IMG/VR virus record: IMGVR_UViG_3300045988_105534 | Origin: a virus | DNA: 64,000 bases | Reading direction: 5' to 3' (one strand) | The notes under the pieces: generated by a model | Databases searched by the model: none | The model's input: only the letters and a program-made list of their open reading frames with translations | What the model was told of the DNA's origin: nothing | Shown here: piece by piece, positions 52,428 to 61,526 of the stretch | Layout: every line of letters begins with the position of its first letter | Position numbering within the stretch: position 1 is the first letter of the stretch | Program-made: the position numbers and the translations under genes

Positions 52428-53918
52428 ATGGAGGCAGAGGGAAATGTAATTAGTTGTTTCTTTAAAGATATGTTGCTTTTGGATGACACTACATTCGAAC
52501 AACACGATTTCATTACAAAAGATGGACTTTTTTACTTTTCTATGCTCAAAAAATTACGTGAACAGGGCTTCTATTCTCTGGATGAAATCACGATTTTATC
52601 CAATCTGTCTAAGAACGCTATAAAAAGATACACTGACATGGGAGGATGGGATTCTATTCAACATCAGATAGATATTATCAACACACAGAATTTTGATGTG
52701 TATATCGACATTCTGTATAGAGAAAACACTATGCTGAAGATGTATGATGATGGATTTAACCTGTTCAAAGAGATAGACATTGACGGCAAGAAAATCGTAC
52801 CAGTAACACTTTTCAGAAGAATGACTGCCGAGGAAGTTACGGATTGGTATGATGCAAGACTAAGTACATATGGTACGGGATATTCCAGTAAGATTCTGGA
52901 AGAAGAAGAAATTGATTTTGATGATGATTTTATTGATTCCTGCGTGGAAGGTGAAGAAAATGGAGTTCCATTTGATGTGGCAGGGATTGATATTAATGGC
53001 GAAGAAATGAATTGCTTTCCGTTTCTATCCAGACAGATCATGGGTATTCTTGAGGGAACACTCACTATGATGGGCGGATTCAGTAGTGCAGGTAAGTCAA
53101 CATGGTTTATTACTTTGCTTATGGCGTTACTGAATTATGATAGGAAAGTGCTAATTATTTCAAATGAAGAAAAAGTAAAGAAATTTAAAGTCAAGTTTAT
53201 GATCTGGCTTTTAGCGAAGCATAATCGTTATTTTAAGCTGACAAAGAAGAAAATGATGTCTGGGCAGATTGATGATGCAAGCCGAAGAGAACTAAAAGAC
53301 GTGCAACAGTTATGGCGAGAACAGTATAAGGGTAGAGTGAAATTCTTACTTATCAATGATGCTGATATGACTGTTGTCAAGAAGAAAATCAGAGAGCATG
53401 TACTTCGCTATGGATATGACACAGTGTTGTATGACACTTTTAAGATTCAAGAAGGAGATTTTAAAGGCAATCGTACTGACTTATCTTTGGTTCATGACAG
53501 TCGAGAGTTAGATAAACTTGCGAAAAAATATAACATTATCATGTTGGCATCTGTGCAGTTAGCAGAGTATATGAGAGGAAGGCTATTTCTTGATAGTTCT
53601 GTTCTTTCAAACTCTAAACAGATCAAAGAAGTATTAGAGAATCTTTTCTTGATGAGGACTGTATATGATGAAGAACTTGATGAAAAGAGTAAATTCTATT
53701 GTCGTCCATTTAGGCTAAAAAAAGTTAATGATAAATGGATTGAGGAAGAATATCATCCTGATCGTACTGCGGTGTGGAGAGCTTTATTTGTTGAGAAATG
53801 TCGAAGCGGTTCAAACTCATCAGATACAGGAGTTGGTTATCTACTTAAATTCGATGGAGATCATTGTATCTTTAGAGAAGTTGCGCAGGCAAGATTTAAA
53901 CATGGAGAAATCAAATAA
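52428..53918 (+). CDS. dnaB: DnaB-like replicative DNA helicase
   Basis: Walker A GGFSSAGKSTW in a RecA-like C-terminal domain; DnaB-like N-terminal domain; 496 aa. Confidence 0.75.
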   Translation: MEAEGNVISCFFKDMLLLDDTTFEQHDFITKDGLFYFSMLKKLREQGFYSLDEITILSNLSKNAIKRYTDMGGWDSIQHQIDIINTQNFDVYIDILYRENTMLKMYDDGFNLFKEIDIDGKKIVPVTLFRRMTAEEVTDWYDARLSTYGTGYSSKILEEEEIDFDDDFIDSCVEGEENGVPFDVAGIDINGEEMNCFPFLSRQIMGILEGTLTMMGGFSSAGKSTWFITLLMALLNYDRKVLIISNEEKVKKFKVKFMIWLLAKHNRYFKLTKKKMMSGQIDDASRRELKDVQQLWREQYKGRVKFLLINDADMTVVKKKIREHVLRYGYDTVLYDTFKIQEGDFKGNRTDLSLVHDSRELDKLAKKYNIIMLASVQLAEYMRGRLFLDSSVLSNSKQIKEVLENLFLMRTVYDEELDEKSKFYCRPFRLKKVNDKWIEEEYHPDRTAVWRALFVEKCRSGSNSSDTGVGYLLKFDGDHCIFREVAQARFKHGEIK

Positions 53919-53939
53919 TTAAAATGTGCGGTGTGATAT

Positions 53940-54968
53940 ATGTTAGACAATATAAAAAAAGAACTATTGTCTAATCCTGAAAAAATAAGAGAAGTCTTGG
54001 AGCATTTTGATTATTATCATGTAGTGATCAGAAACACATATATGTCATTTGGTCGAGATGAGGTCTCTTCAAAGAAGTCCATAGTAATCAATCTGAAAAA
54101 TAACAAAGCGTTGTTTGTGCATGATTATGCTAGAGCAATCCAAAAAGATTTGTTCTCATATATTATGCAGCAACGTGGAGTTGATTTTGCAGAGGTTTTA
54201 GGAGTTGTTAAAAACATCTTAGGGATTACTGATTACTATGATTTCTTTGATAGACAAGGTATTTTTGGCGGATTTTATGAAAGGATTAGAAATCACAATG
54301 TAGTTCGAATCCAAACTTATGATGAATCTATATTAGATAAATACAATAATGTAGGGAATTTAAGATTCCTTAAAGATAATATATCACTTGAAGCACAAAG
54401 AACTTTTGGCATTCGGTTTGATACATCATCTCAAGGGATCGCAATTCCGATTAGAAATCAATTAGGACAACTAATTGGCGTAAAAGAAAGATTTAACTAT
54501 GACGTTGAAGATGGTGAAATGAAATATTTCTACGATGTTCCGTGTCAAATGTCTCAAACATTATATGGATATTCTCAGAATTATCAGTATTTAGCCAACG
54601 GTGTTGTGTTGATATTTGAGGCAGAGAAATCTGTAATGCAGTGTTTTACATATGGAATTAGAAACTGTGTGGCACTTGGTAGTGGAACAATCAGCAAGAA
54701 ACAGGTGCAATTATTATTGGAATTAAATCCTAAAAAAGTAATATTTATGCATGACGTTGGCTATGATATTAAGAATATCATGAGAAATATTGACATGGTA
54801 AAAGGATATTCAAGATTTGCTGAGATTGAGTTAGGATACTGGGACTTTAATTTAAGTGAGTATTCCAATAAGGTATCACCGTCCGATATGGGAAAAGAAA
54901 AGTTAAATTACATATTAGAAAACGAAATAAAAATGATAGGGGATGAAGACGTCGAAGAAGAAATATAA
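53940..54968 (+). CDS. Toprim-domain DNA primase (DnaG-like catalytic core)
   Basis: Toprim motifs IFEAEKSVM (Glu) and FMHDVGYD (DxD). Confidence 0.6.
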   Translation: MLDNIKKELLSNPEKIREVLEHFDYYHVVIRNTYMSFGRDEVSSKKSIVINLKNNKALFVHDYARAIQKDLFSYIMQQRGVDFAEVLGVVKNILGITDYYDFFDRQGIFGGFYERIRNHNVVRIQTYDESILDKYNNVGNLRFLKDNISLEAQRTFGIRFDTSSQGIAIPIRNQLGQLIGVKERFNYDVEDGEMKYFYDVPCQMSQTLYGYSQNYQYLANGVVLIFEAEKSVMQCFTYGIRNCVALGSGTISKKQVQLLLELNPKKVIFMHDVGYDIKNIMRNIDMVKGYSRFAEIELGYWDFNLSEYSNKVSPSDMGKEKLNYILENEIKMIGDEDVEEEI

Positions 54969-56562
54969 CATTTTGAACGATTGCAGAGGACTTTTTGAAG
55001 ATGAGGTATTTGAAATTATCATGCAGGAGCGTGGTATTGACGATCCAGAACATTTTCTAAATCCTACGGAAGATGATTTACTTTCTCTTGATGACTTAAA
55101 AAATATTGATAAAGCATACAGACTCGTGATGAGTGCGGTGAATGAAGATAAACGTATTGCAGTACATTTTGATACAGATACTGACGGCATCACATCTGGT
55201 GCCGTTATGACACGATATTTAAAAAACATGACAGAAAATCCAGTAGATGTATACATTAACCGAGGCAAACAGCATGGATTAGCAAATCAGGACATTGCTA
55301 AGTTTTATGGGTATGATTTACTGATTGTCGTTGATAGTTTGGATAAAGACGAGACTCAGTATAAGGATTTAAAAGAAACAGGAGTTGATGTGATTGTGTT
55401 AGACCACCATGCCATCGATCCAGATGTTCCTTATGACAACTATTGCACATTAGTTTCTTCTCAGAGAGAATATGAAAATCCACAGTTATCTGGTGCAGGT
55501 GTTGTCTGGAAGTTTTGCAAGTATATTGATGAGCAGAATGGTACAGATTATGCAGATAATTTGGTCGATCTAGCAGGCGTTGGGCTGATTGCAGATATGA
55601 TGGATATGAGAGTAATGGAGAATCGTTACATTGTATCCGAAGCTTTGAAAGAAATTAGAAATCCTGCGATTAAGAAGATTATTGGTGGATTTGAATTCAA
55701 CAGCACAGCAGTTGCTTTTAGTATTGCACCGTTGGTTAATGCTGCAAACAGAATGGATCAGAATGAAATTGCTCTAAATGCTTTCCTTGAAGATGACAAT
55801 AAAAAGTTACGAGGATATATTAAACAATTAAAGCAATGCAAAGAAGACCAAAATGAAGAGGTCGCACAGCTGATGCCAATGATTGCGGAACAGTGTGAAG
55901 CTCAGAGTGATAAAAAGATGATCACAACTTTTATCGACACTGATTATGGTATTTCTGGGTTAATTGGAAACAAATTGCTTGAAAAATACCAGAAGCCGAT
56001 TCTTGTGCTAAAGAAAAATGAAGATACATATGCAGGATCTATGAGAGCAGTTGGTGTAAAAGACTTCCGACAGATGTGTAATAACAGTCAGTTGGCTGAA
56101 GCAAATGGACATGAACTTGCCAGTGGTATTGAAATTCCTAGAAAGAACTTTGCTGAGTTCACCTCTTATATAGAAGAAACTCTTCCAGATAAGCCAGAAG
56201 ATACAACAGTTGATGTCGATATTATGCTTGATATTTCAGACATCACAAGAAAAATGGTTGACATGATTAAGAAAATTGATCGTATTTCTGGGCAAGGATT
56301 TAAACCTGTAAGAGTTTATATTGAAGAGATTGACGACTATGACATTGGTCAGATGAGCAATTATAAACATCTTGTCCTGAAACCATGTAACAATGATAAA
56401 TTGTGGATCATTAAATGGAACTATGATGGATCGTTTGAGGATATGGAAGACCATTCTATGATGAATGATGAGTTTTGTGCAGTTACTACACTTGATTGCG
56501 GATTCTTTGGAAGAAAGTTTGTGCTGAAAGCTGTGTGTGATTCACTTGAAGAGGTGGGATGA
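54943..56562 (+). CDS. RecJ-like DHH-family single-stranded DNA exonuclease (start uncertain; alternative ATG at 55021)
   Basis: AVHFDTDTDGITSGAV and VLDHHAID are DHH motifs; RecJ-like linker; 513-539 aa. Confidence 0.7.
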   Translation: MKTSKKKYNILNDCRGLFEDEVFEIIMQERGIDDPEHFLNPTEDDLLSLDDLKNIDKAYRLVMSAVNEDKRIAVHFDTDTDGITSGAVMTRYLKNMTENPVDVYINRGKQHGLANQDIAKFYGYDLLIVVDSLDKDETQYKDLKETGVDVIVLDHHAIDPDVPYDNYCTLVSSQREYENPQLSGAGVVWKFCKYIDEQNGTDYADNLVDLAGVGLIADMMDMRVMENRYIVSEALKEIRNPAIKKIIGGFEFNSTAVAFSIAPLVNAANRMDQNEIALNAFLEDDNKKLRGYIKQLKQCKEDQNEEVAQLMPMIAEQCEAQSDKKMITTFIDTDYGISGLIGNKLLEKYQKPILVLKKNEDTYAGSMRAVGVKDFRQMCNNSQLAEANGHELASGIEIPRKNFAEFTSYIEETLPDKPEDTTVDVDIMLDISDITRKMVDMIKKIDRISGQGFKPVRVYIEEIDDYDIGQMSNYKHLVLKPCNNDKLWIIKWNYDGSFEDMEDHSMMNDEFCAVTTLDCGFFGRKFVLKAVCDSLEEVG

Positions 56563-57824
56563 TTATGGCAGGAAAAGAAGTATTTTGTTCAGTCTGCGGT
56601 TTATCATCTACTTTGGACGGACATTTTTGGAAAGAAAAGAAGTTGTGCAACAGACACAATATGCAGTTAGAAAAACATGGAAAACTGTTAGATAAAGATA
56701 TAGTGATCCCTAAAAAGAGACATAGATGGACTCCAGAAGAAGAAGTCAGATTAGAAGAGTTGTATAAACAAGGAGTTTCTTTTGAAAAAATTAGTAAACA
56801 AATGAATCTATCCGTGGCAGCCATAGCGGCTCGAAGTCGTCATTTGAATCTTGGCAATAAGTATATGAGGTCTAATAATCCTAATTTTAAAGCCACATAT
56901 CAGGATTATGATTGGTGTTATGAAAGATATGTTGTTAAGGGAATGACTCATCAAGAAATGGCAGATGAATGTGGTGTCTCGTTAAGAGTTATTCAGAAAT
57001 GGTGTTCTGAAGTTCATAAATTAAATTGTTGGACTTTCAAAAACAATAAGACATTAACCGATAAACAGTATCAAATTATTTTATTTGGCACATTAGGGGA
57101 TGGGCATATTGATAAAAGAGAGACGCAACCTTTGTATATTGAATGTCATTCTATAGCAGAAAAGGATTACGTGTTTTGGAAATATGAAGAATTAAAAGAT
57201 TTATGTAACTCTGAGCCAAAGTATTATGAAGGTGGCTATAAAGATTTTGGTTCTGGTACAAAGTATTGGTGTAAACCACATTACAGATTTGAGACAAGAA
57301 TTATTAATCAATTGAAGGACATTCGAGACATGCCAAGAATCAATAAGATTTGGCAATTGAATGAATTTGGATTATCTCTTCATTGCTTAGACGATGGATG
57401 CAGAGGTAAATCAGCGTGGGAATTATGTTTGGCAGAATATACTCAGCAAGAAATTGATTTATATATCAAGCTGTGTAAAAAGAGATTTGGGTTATATGCT
57501 AAACAGCAGACAGATAAAAGATATATAAGATTTGATTCAGATTCAAGTAGAATTATTGATCAAATTATTTTAAACAATATTCCTAATTCGCTTGACATTA
57601 TCAAAAAGAAGATATTAGAAAACGATAAAATTTCTAAAAAAGTAAGATACATTTATGTTGTCATGCAGAACGGAGAACAGATTGGTTTATCTACATATTG
57701 TAGATCTCATGGTATTCCATATGAAAAGACAAGAAAATATGTCATTGAGCACAATATCTCTCGAATTCAAGAAGCTGATCTACTAAATAGATTAAAAGCT
57801 GGAGGATTAATGAATGCGGTATAA
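56559..57824 (+). CDS. Free-standing LAGLIDADG-family homing endonuclease with N-terminal zinc-ribbon/HTH region
   Basis: Two LAGLIDADG-like motifs, ILFGTLGDGHI and LHCLDDGCRGKS; N-terminal CSVCG...CNRH and an HTH-like RWTPEEEVRLEELYKQGVSFEKIS. Confidence 0.6.
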   Translation: MIMAGKEVFCSVCGLSSTLDGHFWKEKKLCNRHNMQLEKHGKLLDKDIVIPKKRHRWTPEEEVRLEELYKQGVSFEKISKQMNLSVAAIAARSRHLNLGNKYMRSNNPNFKATYQDYDWCYERYVVKGMTHQEMADECGVSLRVIQKWCSEVHKLNCWTFKNNKTLTDKQYQIILFGTLGDGHIDKRETQPLYIECHSIAEKDYVFWKYEELKDLCNSEPKYYEGGYKDFGSGTKYWCKPHYRFETRIINQLKDIRDMPRINKIWQLNEFGLSLHCLDDGCRGKSAWELCLAEYTQQEIDLYIKLCKKRFGLYAKQQTDKRYIRFDSDSSRIIDQIILNNIPNSLDIIKKKILENDKISKKVRYIYVVMQNGEQIGLSTYCRSHGIPYEKTRKYVIEHNISRIQEADLLNRLKAGGLMNAV

Positions 57825-60800
57825 CAATTATCATAAACACGATCATGTATCAAATATCTTTACCCCAGATACAAATACTAAACAAGAAGAGTATATTCTT
57901 AAAGCATTGGAGTATGGGCATACAAGTTATTATAGTACGAATCATGGCAGTTTTGGAGATATCTTTGAAGCCAGAACATTGTGTAATAAGTATGGATTGC
58001 GTTGTATTGCAGGCATCGAAGGATATATTGTCCCAAATGCGTCGCAAAAAGACAAAAGGAATTATCATATTATAGTGATCCCTAAAACCGATGAAGCCAG
58101 AAAGAAGATGAATTATGTATCAAGTATGGCAAACATCAAAGGGTTTTATTATAAACCAAGATTTTTTTTATCTGATTTATTAAAACTTGATCCCAATGAT
58201 GTTTATATTACAACTGCATGTGTAGCAGGATTATTACGAGATGAGGATTCAATTAATGAGATTTTTATGCCTCTATATAAGCATTTTAAAGAAAATGTAA
58301 TGCTAGAAGTTCAGACTCATGATGATCCGTTGCAAATTGAAATCAATAAAAAGGCAATATATCTGTCTGATCAATATGGGTTAAGCTTAATTGCTGCAAA
58401 TGATTCACACTATATTGACGAATCAGGCAAAGAAGAACGTCTGGAATTATTGCGAGGTAAACATATCAATTACGGCAGTGAAGACGATTTTATATTAGAT
58501 TATCCTACTGCTGAAACAATGATTGAAAGATTCAAAAAACAAGGCGTTTTGACAGATAGACAAATCTCAGATGCATTAAATAACACATTGTTGTTTGATG
58601 AATGTGAAGAAATACAACTCGATTATTCAATTAAAATGCCTACGATTTATCCTAACTTGACTCCCGAACAAAGAGTGGGTCTTCTAAAAAAAGAAGTAAA
58701 TAAACGGTTCAAGGAGATTCGAAAAGAAGAACATATTGAAGGAGAAGAGTTTAAAAAATATAAAGATGGAATTCGATATGAGATGAAAATCATCGAGGAT
58801 ACTAACGATGAAATACATACAGCGGACTATTTTTTGTTTAATGAGAAAAATGTAGATCTTGCAGTTAATAAATATGGTGGTGTATTGACTCGTGGTGGAA
58901 GAGGTAGTTGCGGTTCCTTCTATATAAATAGGATATTGGGAATGACACAACTAGATAGATTTAAAATTAATCTTCCGCTTTTCCCAGACAGATTTGCTTC
59001 TACTGCCAGATTGCTAGAGAATCGCTCATTGCCCGATATAGATTTTAACGTAAAATCCCAAGAACCATTTATTAAAGCTTCAAGGGAATTGCTTGGTGAA
59101 CACGGGTGTTATCCAATGTATGCACCAGGAACCATGCAAATATCTGAAGCATTTAGAAATGTATGTAGATCTAAGAATATGTCATTTGACGAATTTAATC
59201 ATGTGGCAAAAAATCTGGAAGAATATCAAGATGATCCGAAATGGAAACCGATTATCGAAGAGGCAAATCGCTATGTTGGAACAATTATATCTGGTTCTGT
59301 ACATCCTTGCGCCCATATTTTAAGCAACACTAATTTGCTTTATGAGTACGGTGTTACTCGTTTAGGTGAAAACGTATGTGTTTTAATTACTTCATCTGAA
59401 GCAGATGAATATAAGGTACTTAAAAACGATTATCTTATCGTCACGGTCTGGAAGCTTATTGACGAAACATTTAAAGAGATTGGAATTCCGATTATTAAGG
59501 CAAATGAATTATTGGATAAAATTAAAGATGATCAGAGAATATGGGATTTATTTAAAAATGGTATTACATGCACTTTAAATCAGGTTGATAGCGACAATGG
59601 ATGTAGACAAGCAAAACAGTATGGTATTTCGTCATTTGAGGATGGCGCCCATATTGCAGCAGCCATAAGACCGTCTTTTGATTCATGGAGAGAACAGTTT
59701 TTAGACAGAAAACCATATACAACTGGTTCAGATCAGCTTGACGATGTTTTGAAAGATACTCATGGATACATTTTATTTCAAGAATCATTAATGCAATATT
59801 TTGACTGGTTGGGGGTTAGTCCAGCTGAATCTATTGGTTTAATTAAGAAAATTTCCAAGAAAAAAATTAAACAATCGGATTTTGATAATCTTGAGGAAAG
59901 AATCAAAAAGCAATGGATTATTAATACTGGCTCAGAAGAAATGTTTTCCGAAACATGGCATTTGGTACAAAGTTGTATGAGTTACGGATTTTGTTCAGCC
60001 CATGCAGCAGCAACCTCATTGGACATGTGTTATGGAGCATATCTAAAGGTCAATTATCCTTACGAATACTACAGTGTTTGCTTCAATAATTACGTTGGAG
60101 ACAAAGAACGAACGAATAAACTAACAAATGAGTTAGAGTATTTTGGTATTAAATTAAGCGACATTAAGTTTAGACACTCTAACTCAAAATATTCTTATGA
60201 TAAAGAGGGTCATACAATATTCAAAGGCATGTCGTCCATTAAATTTGTTGGAGATAATGTTGGAGAAGAACTGTATGCATTACGAGATAATCAATATGAT
60301 TCTTTTATAGATTTGTTGCAAGACATATCTAATACATCTGTCAATTCTAAACAGTTAGATATTTTAATTAAATTAGATTTCTTTTCTGAATTTGGAGACA
60401 TTAATTATCTACTTAAACAGGTTGAGTGCTATGACAAATTCTATGGCAGAAAACAGTTTACAATTTCGAAGCTCCAAAAAGAAGGCGAAGATATTGAATT
60501 AATCAAAAAGTATTGTCAGAAACAGACAGAAAAAACATTGAAAGAATTTGATTATATTGGATTTTTGAAAGATATGACATCAAGTATGGCATATTCACTA
60601 GTTTCAATAACTGAACGGATGGATTATCAGAAAGAATATATTGGTTACATCAGTTACATTAACCCTAACATTGGCAAGCGATATTACTATGTCAAAGATT
60701 TATCTGTAACAAAATCCATCGTTAACATTCAGTTATATGAAATTTACTCTGGAAAAACACAGAAAGTAAAAATGTGGACAACCCAATATAAGAAGAACCC

Positions 60801-60978
60801 ATTCGATGAAGGAGATATTCTATATCTGAAATCAGTTGAGAAGAAACATAAAAAAGAACCAACTGGGGAGATCAATACAAAAACAGGAAAGAAAATCTAC
60901 AAAGATGTACCAGATAAATTTGAGTTTTGGCTTAAGAATTTCACTATTAAAAATGACGCAAAGGAGGAATTAGTATAA
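57814..60978 (+). CDS. dnaE: DNA polymerase III alpha subunit (DnaE-type) with N-terminal PHP domain
   Basis: 1054 aa. PHP motifs NYHKHDHVSN, YSTNHGS, IVPKTDEA; polymerase core follows. Confidence 0.8.
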   Translation: MRYNNYHKHDHVSNIFTPDTNTKQEEYILKALEYGHTSYYSTNHGSFGDIFEARTLCNKYGLRCIAGIEGYIVPNASQKDKRNYHIIVIPKTDEARKKMNYVSSMANIKGFYYKPRFFLSDLLKLDPNDVYITTACVAGLLRDEDSINEIFMPLYKHFKENVMLEVQTHDDPLQIEINKKAIYLSDQYGLSLIAANDSHYIDESGKEERLELLRGKHINYGSEDDFILDYPTAETMIERFKKQGVLTDRQISDALNNTLLFDECEEIQLDYSIKMPTIYPNLTPEQRVGLLKKEVNKRFKEIRKEEHIEGEEFKKYKDGIRYEMKIIEDTNDEIHTADYFLFNEKNVDLAVNKYGGVLTRGGRGSCGSFYINRILGMTQLDRFKINLPLFPDRFASTARLLENRSLPDIDFNVKSQEPFIKASRELLGEHGCYPMYAPGTMQISEAFRNVCRSKNMSFDEFNHVAKNLEEYQDDPKWKPIIEEANRYVGTIISGSVHPCAHILSNTNLLYEYGVTRLGENVCVLITSSEADEYKVLKNDYLIVTVWKLIDETFKEIGIPIIKANELLDKIKDDQRIWDLFKNGITCTLNQVDSDNGCRQAKQYGISSFEDGAHIAAAIRPSFDSWREQFLDRKPYTTGSDQLDDVLKDTHGYILFQESLMQYFDWLGVSPAESIGLIKKISKKKIKQSDFDNLEERIKKQWIINTGSEEMFSETWHLVQSCMSYGFCSAHAAATSLDMCYGAYLKVNYPYEYYSVCFNNYVGDKERTNKLTNELEYFGIKLSDIKFRHSNSKYSYDKEGHTIFKGMSSIKFVGDNVGEELYALRDNQYDSFIDLLQDISNTSVNSKQLDILIKLDFFSEFGDINYLLKQVECYDKFYGRKQFTISKLQKEGEDIELIKKYCQKQTEKTLKEFDYIGFLKDMTSSMAYSLVSITERMDYQKEYIGYISYINPNIGKRYYYVKDLSVTKSIVNIQLYEIYSGKTQKVKMWTTQYKKNPFDEGDILYLKSVEKKHKKEPTGEINTKTGKKIYKDVPDKFEFWLKNFTIKNDAKEELV

Positions 60979-61028
60979 TTCAATTTTACAAATATACCGA
61001 CAAGGAAATCAAAGAACTCATCAGCTCG

Positions 61029-61511
61029 ATGACAATCCTGGTCGACACAAGGGAGCAAAAGGCTGATCATATCATAGGTTACTTCGATAGAAAAAGCGTA
61101 AATCATAAAAAGAAAGCATTGAATTATGGAGACTACAGTTTCCTGATTCCTGCAAATGAGAAGCTTGGTATTCAGAGAGATATGTATTTTGACAGCAAAG
61201 TATGTGTTGAGCGCAAAGGAAGTCTTGAAGAAATCAGTGGCAATTTATCAAAAGATCGTGCCAGATTTGAAAAAGAGCTAAGTCTTGCACCAGAGACAAA
61301 AGTTATCTTACTTGAAAATGCCAATTATTCAGATATTGCAGATGGCAATTACAACACGCAGTATAACAAGAAATCATTCATTGGATCATTGCATAGCTTC
61401 TGGTTCAAATACGATGTGCCGATATTCTTCATGCCAGATAATAAATATTCTGGGCTGTTTATTAGATTATATTTCGAGTATTACTTTAAAAATTATTTAA
61501 AAGGGAAATGA
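61029..61511 (+). CDS. ERCC4-type (XPF/Mus81/Hef-like) nuclease domain protein
   Basis: ILVDTREQ ... GDYSF ... VCVERKGSLEE matches the ERCC4 signature. The ATG lacks a close Shine-Dalgarno; a strong AAGGAGGAA at 60961 might drive an upstream non-ATG start. Confidence 0.55.
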   Translation: MTILVDTREQKADHIIGYFDRKSVNHKKKALNYGDYSFLIPANEKLGIQRDMYFDSKVCVERKGSLEEISGNLSKDRARFEKELSLAPETKVILLENANYSDIADGNYNTQYNKKSFIGSLHSFWFKYDVPIFFMPDNKYSGLFIRLYFEYYFKNYLKGK

Positions 61512-61526
61512 GGTGTTGCCTAAATA

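Noticed and set aside
52664-53065. 133-aa minus-strand ORF within dnaB-like helicase
   Set aside because: Antisense to a well-supported Walker-A-containing helicase gene, with no Shine-Dalgarno.
54915-55268. 117-aa minus-strand ORF spanning the primase/recJ junction
   Set aside because: Antisense to two supported genes. Low-complexity Ser/Phe-rich translation.
56486-56824. 112-aa minus-strand ORF across the recJ/HE junction
   Set aside because: Antisense and lacking a ribosome-binding site. Both sense genes carry motifs.
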